From assembly GCA_964016885.1 (NCBI GenBank), contig OZ024741.1, forward strand, positions 223,448,001 through 223,512,000: a DNA stretch of 64,000 bases, read 5' to 3'. This document shows positions 36,745 to 50,574 of this stretch, piece by piece (the first letter of the stretch is position 1; each line of letters begins with the position of its first letter). Both the position numbers and the translations under genes were made by a program. This DNA comes from Eledone cirrhosa (lineage: Eukaryota). Below the pieces are notes generated by a model. It saw only the letters and a list, made by a program, of their open reading frames with translations. It did not search any database and was not told the origin of the DNA.

Positions 36745-39497
36745 AAAATCACTTCATCACCTATAGATCAGGGGAACACGCCAGCCAGATAGATTATATC
36801 CTTACTAGAAGACATGACAAAGTGTCTGTTGTAAACACTAAATCCCTCCCTCATGAAGAATGCACCTCCCAACATAGCCTAGTAGTTAGTGACATCATAG
36901 TCAGAAATAGATGTACTCGACGACAGAGGAGGCCTACCTTGAGGAGAAGAATATGGAAGTTGAAGGACCCCACAGCCAGTGACAAATTTAAAAGCTTATT
37001 ACTTGATGCTTTTGACAGTAAGGAAGAGCAATTAGAGACGTACAATATAGAGGAACAGTGGGAATTCCTGAAAGTTAACCTGCTGAAGGCGACATGAAAT
37101 CTCTGGCTGGAGCAGACCTATAGACAGGAGGAGAGTAACTTGGTGGTGGAACAGTAAGGTGGAGGAGTCAATCAAGGCCAAAAAGCAGGCTTGGAAAGTA
37201 TGGCAAGATGGGGGAAGTAGAGAACACTATCAAGTGGCCAGGAGACAAGTGTACTTTGCAAGAAGGGAAGCAGAGGAAAGAAAGTTCAAGCATGTTTACA
37301 ACGTGAGGACAAAAAACGTGAGGTGTTCAGGATTGCTAGACAATGTGTCAAGGAAAACCGTGATATTGTCGGGGAGAAGTGTGTCTGTAATGATGATGGT
37401 GTACTTGCCCTCACTGATACTGATAAGAAGGTAGCTTGGAAGTGTCACTACGAGAGACTACTAAATGAGGAGAATAAATGGGAAAAAGATATGAAGACAG
37501 GCAAGGCAGCTGGGCCTTCGGAGATAGTTGCTGAGAAGTTGAAAGCATCTGGAATCGTGGGACATACTATGGTCACCCGGTTAGTAAACCAAGTAATACA
37601 GAATGGGGTCATACCAAATGACTGGCATAGCAGCATCATCATTAACTGCTACAAGGGTAAAGGGGATGTTCTAGATAGGGAAAACTATAGAGGCATTAAA
37701 TTAATTGACCAGGTCATGAAGGTCACAGAAAGAGTTATAGCACAACTAATCAGAGAGCGAATTGATCTAGATGAAATATAGTTTGGGTTTGTGTCAGGTA
37801 AAAGTACCACAGACGCTCTTTTCCTTGTATGACAACTACAGGAGAAGTACCTAGCTAAAAGTAAACCTCTCTACTTAGCTTTTGTAGACCTGGAGAAAAC
37901 CTTTGACAGAGACCCCCGCTCCATTATCTGGTGGGCTCTTAAAAAACTAGGTGTAGATGAATGGCTTGTGAGAGCTATACAAGCCATGTATAAAGAAACA
38001 GTCAGTAAGGTTAGAATTAACGATGAATATAGTGAAGAATTTAGTGTAAAAGTTGGCATTCATCAAGGCTCTGTCCTTAACTCCCTCCTATTTATTATTG
38101 CTCTTCAGGCTATAACAGAGGAGTTTAAGACCGGCTGCCCATGGGAACTTCTATACGCAGATGATCTAACTCTCATAGCTGAATCTATGGCTGAACTAGA
38201 GAAGAAATTCCAAACATGGAAGAATGGCCGAGAATCAAAAGGCCTTAAAGTTAACTTGTCTAAGACTAAAGTTCTAGTATGTAGAAAGGAAAATAGGGCA
38301 CAGGTGCCCTCTGGGAAATGACAGTGTGTAGGAAAGGAGTAGGTAAAAATACAATTTTATGTCCCAAATGCAAACTATGGGTACATAAAAGATGTAGTGG
38401 GATCAGGTAAACTATCTAAGAATGTAGATTTTATATGTGGCTGATGCTCAGGTGCAATAAGTAGCAAGTGCCCACAGGATACTAGCTCCTTCTATTGCCC
38501 AGATGGTTCTATAGAAATAGTGGACACTTTCCGTTACCTGGGTGACAAAATCAGCAGTGGTTGAGCGTGCTTTGAAAGTACAGTAGCCAGAGTCAGAACA
38601 GGATGGAAAAAGTTCAGAGAGCTTATACTGCTGTTGGCCATAAAAGGTTTCTCTCTAAAAATGAAAGGCAGACTGTATGATGCCAGTATATGAACAGCAA
38701 TGCTACATGGCAGTGAGACATGGGCATTGCGTGCAGAGGACCTGCGCAGACTGGAATGGAATGAAGCATGCATGCTCTGTTGGATGTGTAATAGTAATAT
38801 ACACGAAAGGCAAAAACATAAATGAACTAAGTGAGAAATTAGGAATAAGAGGGATCAGATGCTGTTTACTTGTGAGAAGACTACGTTGGTATGGTCACGT
38901 GATGCGGATGAAAGACGACAGCTGTATAAAAAAGTGCAGAGCGATCAAAATTGATGGAAGTTACGGAGTAGGTAGACCCAGAAAAACCTGGGACGATTTG
39001 ATAAATTCCGACCTTACACACTTACACCTCTCCAAGACAATGTCACTGGACCGAGATCTTTGGCGCCACACAGTAATACAGTAATACAAAGCGAAACCTA
39101 CAGTCAGTAGGCACCAGTTAACCAAATATACACCCCAATCCACTACCCCTACTCCATCCTCCCACTCCCACCAAAACCACCCTCTCTCTGTAAAGTTGGT
39201 ACCACAACATCCAGTCCAAATAAATGAGATAATGAGATCGAGATCGTGTAGGTGTCACGACAAAAAAAAAAACACAGCCCACGCTGTAATGTGGCCGTGT
39301 AGGTAACACGGTAAAAGGTTCCCAGTCCACACTGTAAATGTGGTTGATGTAAAAAGGGCATCCAGCCGTAGAAAACCTGCCAGATAGTCCTATACGAGCG
39401 AGACACGGTCACCCGACCAACCTTTCCTCAAACTGGGACAACTCCTGTCTAACCCATGCTAGCGTGGAAGATGGGCGTTAAACGATGATGATGATGA
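36745..39497 (+). mobile_element. RTE family 2 LINE, long decayed copy (end of APE endonuclease, RT, 3' UTR)
   Basis: SQIDYIL, QHSLVV, NYRGIKL, AFVDLEK, HQGSVL, LLYADDL, RRLRWYGHV; multiple stops; (GAT)n tail. Confidence 0.92.
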
Positions 39498-39587
39498 AAT
39501 ATATATATATATAAAATATATGAGAGAATACACGAAAAGAACATGTTTTCATTACAGGGTGCTTCATTTGATATTTATATATATATA

Positions 39588-42500
39588 TCAAACTATAAAT
39601 GCGAGGAAATAATAGTTCCTGTCTGTTTGTTTGTTTGTTTGTTCACAAACTCCTGCTATGGTTTTGGAGATAGACCCTTCTGCTACGTCTGCTACTACCC
39701 CCGTTGAAGGACTTTATCAACAACAGCAACCTATGTCTTCCTCTCCCTGTTACTTTTCAACAACAACAACAGACGACTGTGTCTTCCCCTACCATGCCTG
39801 TTGAGGGAGAAGAACAACAACAAAAACTGACCATCAATACGGAGTTTGAGGAAATACGGCAAATGATTTCCGCTTTAAGCCGAGAAATAGCAGGAATAAA
39901 ATCAAGCGTTCGTGTAGGACCCCACAATGAGGGATCTTACCGAAGTGCCTTGTTAAAAAATCTCTGCATACCTCATGTTGAACCTAGACGCACTGAGAAT
40001 GCCACTGAATCTGCAAACCCCAAGTGATTGCCATTGGTGTACCAGAAGACATAGTTGATCTTCAGGTATTTGCTGCCAGTTCATCCAAAGACTTGGGCTG
40101 TGCTCTCGCAAAGGGTGCTCTACGCCTTGGCCGACCAGGCCCGAAACCCAGGCTAATTAGATTGTCTTTTTCAAACTCAACTGAAGCACGTTCATACCTT
40201 GTAGCCTCTGATAAAGCTAGGCGTGAAAGTCGGATTGCTTTCCGAACACGCCCTGGTCTTCCACCTGATGTCCGCCCATAGTTGCGTGCTGCAGCTTCCT
40301 TAAACCGCAGCTCGGCAGAACATGAAAGCTTCAGCCTACGAGATGATGGGCAGATATGGAAGTTTGTTAAGGCAATAGACATAGAAAAGAGATACCAGCT
40401 GGTCTGAAAACACTGTACCCACAACAACTGACAATAAAGAAACTGAAAAAACTCTGGGAAACTAAATCAGAACAACCTGCCATCCCCTGCACATAATCAT
40501 ATACTGGAATCAAGGTACAAATTGTTTTCCTTGAATGCACGTAGTCTATGCAATAAGATTCATCTTTTTGATTCCTACGTCAAAAGTATCAACCCTGACT
40601 TCATTACAGTCACGGAAACTTGGGCACATCCCTTACTCTGTGATGGGGTTTTCAGCATGACTAGCTACAACCTGTTTCGTAAAGACCGCATTAATCGTCG
40701 TGGTGGTGGTGTAATGGTCTACGTTCGGTCAAATCTGTCGGCAATTCCTTGTCTTGATTTGAACCAATCACAGCAGGAAGTTTTTTTCTGCGATATACGT
40801 ATGACCATGTCAACACTGCTACTTGGAGTCGTTTACCGTCCCCCAAATTACCATCAGGACACTCAACTTTGTGATATCCTCAGAGCTGCTGCCAGGAAGA
40901 CAGCCACTTATGTTTTCATTGCAGGAGACTTCAATCACCCTGAGATTGGCTGGGAAACCTTTCGTTGGCCGCCAAGTGCAAATGACTTCCTTGAGCTAGT
41001 GCTGGACTCGAGTTGGTCCCAAGTGGTCACCTCCCCAACAAGAGGTGACAACACTTTCGACCTACTCTTCACCACTACTCCTGAAACGGTCATTAGTGTT
41101 ACTATTGAAGAACCTTTAGGTACTCTGATCATGCTATGATCATTGCCAATCTATCCCTCATGGCCAGTAACAAGAACCACAACCATCTCCAAACTACTCA
41201 CTTTGACTAGAATAAAGCAGACTGGAACTGTTACTGCACCGAGTTGCAATGGCCAAGTTCTACGACTCTGGAGATGTCAACACTGTACCCCAGAACATCC
41301 TGAGCTCAATATGGACAGCATGTGCAGCATCAGTGCCACGTAAGTGGAAAAAACATCCCAAAAGTGCAATTTGGGAGACTGCAGCAGTCCGTCTTGCCAG
41401 AAAAGAACGGCACAATGCTGAACGGGAGTACAAACTTCACAAATCAGACATTAATAGGAAGAGGCGAAATAGATCGTCCAACCACCTCAAACAGGTGACA
41501 AAAAAGGCAGTGCTTCAATTTGAGCAGCGCATAGCAACCAGCCCTGACAGTTAGGTGTTCTGGAAGTATGTTCACTCAAAGCAGAGGCCTCACTCTCCAG
41601 TTGGTGCTCTTCACAATCCCCACACAAGCCAGGTTACTGATGACCCCAAGGAATGTGCAGAGCTCATTGCTGAATGCTATGCAGGCATTTTCACTATTGA
41701 AGACCAGAGTATACCATCTCCACCACCTATGACACCAGACTCTATTACAACCATGGAATTTACACCTGCAATGTTGCGCGTCACCTAAAAAATAAACGCA
41801 ACCATGCCTCTCCTGGTCTTGATGGTGTTACGTACCTGCTTCTTAAACATGGTGGGTACTTCCTTCTGCACCAGTTATCATGCTTCTTCCAATTCTGTAA
41901 GAACAACAGTGCTACTCCAGAATAGTGGAAAACTGCCAGTGTCATTCCTCTGTTCAAAAAGGGTGACCGCACACCACCTGTGAACTATCATCCAGTCAGT
42001 CTTACTAGCTGCATTGCCAAACTGATGGAATCCTGTGTCAGAGAAACACTTTGGAACTTCTGGAGCTCTCACAGTCTTATCCGGCCCTCGCAATTTGGAT
42101 TTATCCCCAACTCCAGCTGCTGCGATCAACTTATCGAGTTTCTTGAGGACATCACCCGGATCACTGATGGCGGCTCATGGGTGGATGTTGTTTACCTTGA
42201 CTTTGTGAAGGCCTTCAATTCTGTGCCACACAAAAGGCTTATGGCAAAACTCTCTGCAATGAATGTGAAGGATGATCTTTTTAACTGGCTGAAGTCCTTC
42301 ATTCTCAGTCGAAGAGAGGTAGTCACGGTTCTGGGACAGCAATCCTCACCATATGAGATGTCATCTGGTGTACCACGGGGATCTGTTCTTGGCCCCCTTT
42401 TGTTTGTGGCATATATTAATGACATAGATGCAACTTAAAAAATGCCACAGTACTAAAGTACGCAGATGACATCAAGCTGTACCTTGAGATAAAAAGGACA

Positions 42501-43812
42501 GATCCTGAACACTATAGATCTTGCTTGCAGTGTGACCTGGACACAATGCAACAATGGATCTCAGACTGGCAATTCAAGCTAGCTATGGACAAGTGCACCA
42601 CCATGCATTTTGGGAGTAAAAACCTAGCATCCACATACTCCCTCCACAGCACTAATATCAAGAAGTCTTCTTGTGAACGTGACCTGGGCATTACGGTCAG
42701 CAGCGGTTTGTGTTGGATGAAGCACGTCTTTAAAATTGTCAAGAGGGCCGAGGGTGTCTTAGCATCACTCAGCAAGACCTTTGTCAGCTGCTCTCCAGCT
42801 ATCTATTTAAGGCTGTACATGGCTATGGTGCGGCCACACTTAGAATTTGCATCACCAGTCTGGAACCCCTATCTTGCTCAGAACATTGACCGCCTGGAAA
42901 CTGTTCAGAGACGTGCAACCAAGCAAATACTCTCCATCAGGCATCTACCATACTCTGAACATCTTGCTTCCCTGGGCATGGATACATTGAAGCTCCGACT
43001 CCTGGCAACTGACTTGGTAAACACCCACAAAATTGTTAACCATCTTGAGTACCTTTTTGATTTCCATGTGTCTAACACACGTGGGCATGCCCACAAAGTC
43101 AGAAAACAGCACAGTTCCCATGACTTTCGGAAACATTTTTTCACACTCAGAGTTGCTGAAGCATGGAACAAACTACCTGCATCAGTTGTTAGCTGTCGAG
43201 ACACTGAATCCTTTAAGGCCTCTATGCTTCCCGAGATCCGCCAACACTACACCTAATGTTGCCCCTGCATACACATGCACACATGTATACCATACACTAT
43301 TCACTTCCCTGACATTTGTGTATTATTCTATGTACTATACATGCACCTTTCATGAGTTGTAGTGCACCTGAGCACTGTACACAATAATTTCATTATTATT
43401 ATTATTATTATTATTATTTATATATAACTGAAACTACATTGCCCAGGGTACTTGGATAAGTATATTTCATTTCAATCAAAGAGTTCCCCGGGGGCACAAA
43501 ACCCCGCTGAAAATTTTGGAAGCCCAAATAAAATAATGCTTTACACAAAAATGAAATAATCAAGTTTTGAATTGATATTTTGAAAAAAATTATTTACATG
43601 AAACAAAATAAGAATAAGATTTAATAATGTAATTTTGATTTGATATATTACAAAAAATAATGTTTTCCAATTTTTCATGCATTACATTTTACATTGAGTA
43701 ATGTTACAATGCAGAGTTTTTCTCCATAAATTATATCACTGATTTAAAATCAATCATCATTTTCTTACAAAAAAAATGTGTGAAACGCAGCAAGGCTCGG
43801 CTAATTCAGCTA

Positions 43813-43813
<1 letters not shown>
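39588..43813 (+). mobile_element. Probable non-autonomous Helitron split by the CR1 insertion
   Basis: A|TC 5' end (tcaaactataaatgcg...(GTTT)n) and 3' end ...gcaaggctcggctaattcagCTAG|T. Confidence 0.55.
39677..43420 (+). mobile_element. Near full-length decayed CR1-clade LINE (ORF1, APE endonuclease, RT)
   Basis: ORF1 remnant (coiled coil, IGVPE, RLGRPGPKPRLI). Endonuclease SLNARSL, VTETW, RKDR..RRGGGV, VYRPP, GDFNHP. RT NYHPVSLTS, QFGF, YLDFVKAFNSVPH, SGVPRGSVLGPLLF, YADDIKL. C-terminus RPHLEFASPVWNP, FFTLRVAEAWNKLP; (ATT)n tail. Several stops and frameshifts. Confidence 0.93.
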
Positions 43814-43864
<51 letters not shown>

Positions 43865-43868
<4 letters not shown>

Positions 43869-45590
43869 TCATCATCATCGTTTAACATCTATCTTCTATG
43901 CTAGCATGGGTTAGGCCGGTTTGTCCCATTTAGAGGCAAGTTGGGTCGGGTGACCATGTCTCACTCATATAGGACTGTTTCTGACTGGTTTCCTACGGCT
44001 GGATGCCCTTCCTAACATCAACCATATTTACAGTGTGAGCTGGGTGCTTTTTATTGTGACACCTACATGACCACTTTACAGTGTGGGCTGGGTGTTTTGT
44101 GGTACCAATGTAACATACATGTACATATATATATATATCATGATAATGATATATATATATATTTTGCATATATATGTTTTGTGGTACCAACGTAACATAC
44201 ATGTACATGTACATATATATATATATATATATATATCATGATAATGATATATATATATATATATTTTGCATATATACATATAGCATCATCATCACCACCG
44301 TTTTACATCTATTTTCGACGCTAGCATAGATTATACGAGTTGTCCTGTTGTGGGCAATGCTAGGTCAGGTGACCATGTCTTGCTCAAGCAGGACTGATTC
44401 TGGATTGGTTTCAACAGCTGGATGCCCTTCCCAACACCAGCCTCATTTACAGTGAGTACTGGGTGCTTTTTGTTGTGATGTCTACACGACCACTTTACAG
44501 TGTGGATTGGGTGCTTTTTGTCGTGACACCTGCACGACCACTTTACAGTGTGGACTGGGCACTTTTTGCCATGTCATCATCATGACCACTTTACAGTGTG
44601 GGCTGGGGGGCGTCACTGGATATATTTACTTCGGCCTGTCCTCATGGAGGGTGGGTGAGGGCATACTGTCTAAATGCTTCAGCTTCGGCTTGTACCCGTG
44701 GGAAGTCGGGTCTTCTGTATTACTGTGTATCGCCAGAGATCTTGGTTCTGTGTCATCGCCTTTGAGAGGTGCCATTGGACAAGGTCAGCTTTTATCACCT
44801 CATCCCAAGTCTTCCTGGGTCTCCCCACGCCAAGGCTTCCATCAACTTTGAGCGCTCTGCACCTTTTTATTCAGCTGTCATCCTTCATATGCATCACATG
44901 TCCGTACCAACGTAATCTCCTCTCCTGCACACAGCATTTGATTCCTCTTATGCCTAGTTTCTCTCTCAGTTCATTTATGCTTTGCCATTCACGTATATTA
45001 CTATTACACATCCATCAGAGCATGCAAGCTTCATTTCTTTCCAATTTATGCAAGTCTTCTGCACACAGCGCCTAGGTCTCACTTCCATGCAACATTGCTG
45101 TTCATATGCATGCATCATACAGTCTGCCTTTCATTTTGAGGGCAAAGCCTCTTGTAACCAGCAGTGGTAATAGCTCCCTGAACTTCCTCCATCCCGTTCT
45201 TCCTCTGGCTAGTGTACTTTCAGACACCCACCACCACTGCTAATTCGGTCACCTAAGTAGCAAAAGCTGTCTACAGAGCCCTCCCAGAATTTAGTAGCGT
45301 TTGTTCCAGTGCAACTGCTACATGTAAAACTTACATTCTGAGTTCAAATCCCGCCGAGGTTAACTTTGCCTTTCATCCTTACGGGGGTCGATAAAATAAA
45401 GTACCAGTAATAAACTGGGGTAATTACTGGCCTTGTGCCAAAAGTAGAAACAATTATTAGCTAAACTTACTGAGTACCCATAGTTTGCATATGGGACAGA
45501 GGATGGATTTTTTGCCTACACCTTTCCTACTTATTGAGCACAGCCATTTCCCTGAGGGGATTTGAGTTCTGTTTTCTCTTCTACATGCAT
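43865..45590 (-). mobile_element. RTE family 2 fragments (two 3' ends plus coding remnant), interrupted by a SINE A at about 45335-45460
   Basis: Reverse-complement similarity to 50575-51645 and 38270-39497. Confidence 0.82.
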
Positions 45591-45826
45591 ATATATAGAG
45601 AGAAATTACTTCTACAGGATTAAAACTGTTTGATTCATATGAAATCATCAGGAATGTCCTGATGAGTTCTAGTCCTGTAGAAGTCATTTCAATATATAAT
45701 AATGATGCCTATACTCTACCAACGTATTAAGTACTTTTTTAACTGGTTACCCCGACACAACTCGGGAATCTACATATTATATATATATGTATATGTATGT
45801 ATACTGAGTCTGTTGTCATTTTATAG

Positions 45827-46018
45827 GAGAAGGAAAAGGAGTTGGAAGTTTGGAATATTTACAGCAAACGACAGAAATCCAACAAGTTAAATAGTTCTTT
45901 CAACACACCAAGGTCAAATCCTTCTGTTAAGAACAAATTTAATGACAAGGTACCACCTTTAACTCCAGCTTCACTTCGCATGAAGAAGTGTGAAGAAGGA
46001 AGGAAACAGAAGGAATTG
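45827..46018 (+). CDS. LCA5: Lebercilin gene exon (end of lebercilin domain)
   Basis: ttttatag acceptor and TTG|gtaagt donor; 192 nt, phase 0-0. Begins EKEKELEVWNIYSKR, matching the conserved EK(E/D)RELxxKNIYxxR end of the lebercilin domain. Confidence 0.88.
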
Positions 46019-46266
46019 GTAAGTTGAAATTGAGGATTTTATATTCAAATGGATGTATATCTCTTTGTAAAGTTTGTTTTGTTTGATCTCCTCATCCTTG
46101 TTATAATATCAATTTATATCCTCTTTGAATTCACACATTTCACTTGCATTGCTGAGATATGATATGTAATTTATATATAATAAATTTCTTTCATATATAT
46201 ATATATATATTCAGTTCTTTAAAAAAAAAAGGAAAAAGCAGGGGTAGACCTGCACACTGAATCATT

Positions 46267-47066
46267 CGAGGTTTATTCCAAGAGTAAGGGTACTGATTTT
46301 CCTATGTTGACATGGTTACACAGCACAGGTATGTTGGTTATGACCTTGGCTGCATGTACATACTTGTTTCAACATGATCAATTAAGTCAGTTGTGAGATA
46401 TTGCTGTTTGCATACAGTCGTGTTTATAACTTCTGTTTCATTTGCAATGCAGGAAAATATCAAAAAACAGTATGCAATCAAATTTTGTGTTAAACTCAAC
46501 AAATCTGCCACCAAAACATTTAATTCTTTAACACAAGCTTATGGTGATACCACTCTATCAAGGAGTAAAATTTTTAAGTGGAACAAAGCTTTCAAAGAGA
46601 GCTGAGAAAATGTTAAAGACGAACCTTGTTCTCGAAGGGCAATCTCGTCAACACACGAACAAAATGTAAAAGTGGTGCAAGTGGTGATGGTGAAAGATTG
46701 CTGATTAAATGTTAGGATGATTGCAGAAGGCTTGATAAAAATTCAGTTCACAGAATTTTGACAGACCATTTGCACATGCAAAATATTTGTGCAAAACTAG
46801 TGCCCAAGCACTTGTCAGGATTTACTAGAAAAACATTCCCACTCTTCTACATCCTCCCTACAGCCCAGATTTAGATTCATGTGATTTCTACTTCTTCCTT
46901 AAGTTAAAATTGTAACTGATGAGATAAGGACATTCACAGAAAATTACTTCTGGTACTGTATAACTTCACAAAGGTCATATTTTGAAGGAGATAACTTGTA
47001 ATTTCATGAATGTCTAATATACATTTAAATAAAACATCAATACCCTTACTTTTGGGACAAACCTTA
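46267..47066 (+). mobile_element. Tc1/mariner remnant, internally deleted
   Basis: YAIKFCVKLNKSATKTFNSLTQAYGD...IFKWNKAFK (mariner HTH) and HPPYSPDL..CDF. Imperfect TIRs gaggtttattccaagagtaagggtactgat / atcaatacccttacttttgggacaaacctt, followed by TA. Confidence 0.88.
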
Positions 47067-47630
47067 TATGTCACAACAAGGAGTACTGGAACTTCCCTCT
47101 AATAATTTGTTTAGGTAAGTCAACACACTTGCAACATTGCCATGGGCATCACTTGATACATCAGTAAGGTGAGCCAAGCTACCAGCAATGACAACACCTT
47201 TGCTGTCAGCCATCCAGTTCCCTCAAATGTCTCAAACACAACAGGCTGAAAAATATTTTGTTTCCTATTTTGGCATGAATTATATAAGTCTTCTAGGCTG
47301 CATATTCTATCAGACCAGTTTTTCTCAGGTCTGTCTTAAATATTTCTTCTGGGGTCTTCTATGGGCTACCTCTTTCACGGATACCTTTAACGCATATAAC
47401 CTGTTTATTCTGGCATACTTATGATTTCTCTATTCACAATATGTAATTATCAGGAACATATATTTAGAGCAAGGATGGCCAGATGGATTAGGTATAAGAT
47501 TGGGACAAGAGATGAGCAGTTAATGTATTATCACAGCCCTATATGAGCAAGACATGGTCGCCTGACCCAATTTGCCTCTAATGGGGCAAACCTGTCTAAC
47601 CCATGCTAATGGGGAAAATAGATGTTAAAC

Positions 47631-47667
<37 letters not shown>

Positions 47668-48282
47668 GCATAATGTCAACACAATCATCTTACTACTTAA
47701 CTTATAAATGGCCTAGTCCACTTTGTCAAAAGAGGTTCTTGCACAAAGCATTAGCACTGAAAAGTTTTTGTTCAAATATTCAGTTTTATTGATACAATTT
47801 ATATGATGACTAAAACTATGCAGATATATATACAGTAATAAAAGAAGAAAACATAGCAAGGCGGAGGAGAGAGCCGCACACTCAATCACACGAACAAGGG
47901 TTGCTGAAGCTTCTCTTTCTGTTGCCAGCCAACACACTCGCAGCATTTACGTGGATGATAATGAGACTAAGCACTTCATTAACCATATAAGCATAGCTGC
48001 CGAAAATAAGTACTTTGTCCTCAGTGGCCCAGTTTCCTAAAACAATAATTCCTGGTATATTGTTGAATTCAGCATGTCCTCTGACCACTGCTTTTAGAAG
48101 AATGTGATTCACAACAGCTGGTTTTACACTTTCATTACTATATTTCTAATGAAAAACTCTCTTTTACTCTTATTCATTCCAGCGAACTGGCTGAGACGAT
48201 ACTTGGGCACCGTCTTTTACACTGCCAATGATTTTCAAATAATTTTGTTAATAATTAAGAATTTGAAGGGATTTAGTTATAA

Positions 48283-49840
48283 ATAATAATGAAATTATTG
48301 TGTATAGTGCTCAGGTGCACTACAACTCATGAAAGGTGCATGTATAGTACATAGAATATTATACAAATGTCAGGAAAATGAACAGTGTATGGGTCATGAT
48401 ATACATGTATACATGTGTGTGTGTATGGAGGGAAGATATCAGGTGTAGTGTTGGCAAATTTCAGGAAGCATGGAGGTTTTAAAGGATGCAGTATCTCAGC
48501 AGCTAACAACTGATGCAGGTAGTTTGTTCCATGTTTCAGCAACTCTGAGTGTGAAAAGATGTTTCCGAAAGTCATGGGAGCTGTGCTGTTTTCTGACTTT
48601 GTAGGCATGCCCACATGTGTTAGACACATGGAATTCAAAAAGGTGTACAGGGTTGTTGTTGGCAAGATGGTCAATAATTTCGTGGGTGTTTACCAAGTCA
48701 GTTGCCAGACATCAAAGCTTCAATGTATCAATGCCCAGGGATGCAAGGCTTTCAGAGTATGGTAGATGCCTGATGGAGGATATTCGCTTGGTTGCACGTC
48801 TCTGAACAGTTTCCAGGTCAATGTTGTGAGCAAGATAGGATAGGGGTTCAAGACTGGTAATGCAAATTCTAAGTGTGGCCGCACTATTGCTATACACAGC
48901 TTTAAATAGATAGCTGGAGAGTGCTGATAAAGGTCTTGCTGAGTGATGCTAAGACACCCTTGGCCTTCTTGACAATTTTAGAGATGTGCTTTGTCCAACG
49001 CAAATCGCTGCTGACAGTAATGCCCAGGTCACATTCACAAGAAGACTTCTTGATATTAATGTCGCAGAGGGATGGGTTTTTCCTCTCAAAATGCATGGTG
49101 GTACACTTGTCCGCAGCAAACTCAAGTTGCCAGTCCATGATCCATTGCTGCATAGTGTCCAGGTCTGATTGTAGGAAAGATCTACAGTGTTCAGGATCTG
49201 TCCTTTTTATCTCAAGGTACAGCTTGATGTCATCTGCATGTTTCAGTACTGTGGCATTAAATTGGCATCTATGTCATTAATATATGCAACAAACAAAAGG
49301 GGACCAAGAACAGATCCCTATGGTACACCAGATAACATCTCATATGGTGAGGAATGCTGTCCTAGAACAGTGACTACCTCTTTTTGACTGAGAATGAAGG
49401 ACTTAAACCAGTTAAAAAGATCATCCTTCACACCCATTGCAGAGAGTTTTGCCATAAGTCTTTTATGTGGCACAGAATTAAAAGCTTTAGCAAAGTCAAG
49501 GTAAACAACATCCACCCGCCATCAGTGATCCAGGTGATATCTTCAAGAAACTTGATAAGTTGATCACAGCAGCTGGAGTTAGGGATAAATCCAAATTGTG
49601 AGGGCCGAATAAGACTGAGAATTGCAGAAGTTCCAGAGTGTTTCTCTAACACAGAATTCCATCAGTTTGGCAATGCAGCTAGTAAGACTGACTGGACGAT
49701 AGTTGACAGGTGACATACAGTCACCCTATTTGAACAGGGGAATGATACTGGCAGTTTTCCACTGCTCCAGAGTAACACCGTTGTGAAGACAGAATTGAAA
49801 AAAGGGTGAAAGCTGGTGCTCATTATTTACCAGGTGTTTG
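48283..49840 (-). mobile_element. CR1-clade LINE 3' half, same family as 39677-43420, inverted
   Basis: DVVYLDFAKAFNSVPHKRLMAKL, FTLRVAETWNKLP; same 3' UTR. Confidence 0.92.
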
Positions 49841-50574
49841 AAGCATGACATAACAAAGGTTCTTACAATGAAATTTTGATGGAAAGTTTTTTTAGATAAA
49901 TATAAACATTTTAAAATATAGTTTTGTATCATTAAAACAGGGGTGGTTTCAAGTAGTTTGGTATAAAAAGGGTTAACCTTAGATATGCTATGTGAATACA
50001 ATGTCTTCAGTGGTATCTTAACAACCCAATGTGTTATGTGAAAAAGAAAAGCTATTGTAAAATATGCTACTTTTAATCAACTTCTATACTATTTCTAACT
50101 AATTCACATTTTTTATTCTATTTATAAACATAGTTTCATTTTATTTAAACATGTGATATTCATTTTATGAAACAACATTTATTTATATGTTATAAATTTT
50201 TATTGATAACTTAGGAGTTCAGCAGATCATTTTAGTTCCCATAGGGCACTACCGATTAAGGAAACGCTACAAGTTTGCTTGACCTACTTGAAATAGCAGC
50301 CAAATCTCCCTCAAATCAAACCATCATCTTTAAAGAAAAAGACACTGGATAACATAGTGCTGAAAAAATAACGAGATGGTCATGATTTAAAATAGCTTTG
50401 ATCATAGATTTGCTCAATCATGGTCAGCTGGAAATAGTATAGGTAGTTATGGCCTTCATACCTTTTTTCAAAAGCATGAGCAGATTAATTGAAATAATAG
50501 CAACCTGGAATCTAACTTGGTTTGCAGGCTCAGTTTGCTAGGAACTTATTACCTATACTGAAATACTCAATATA

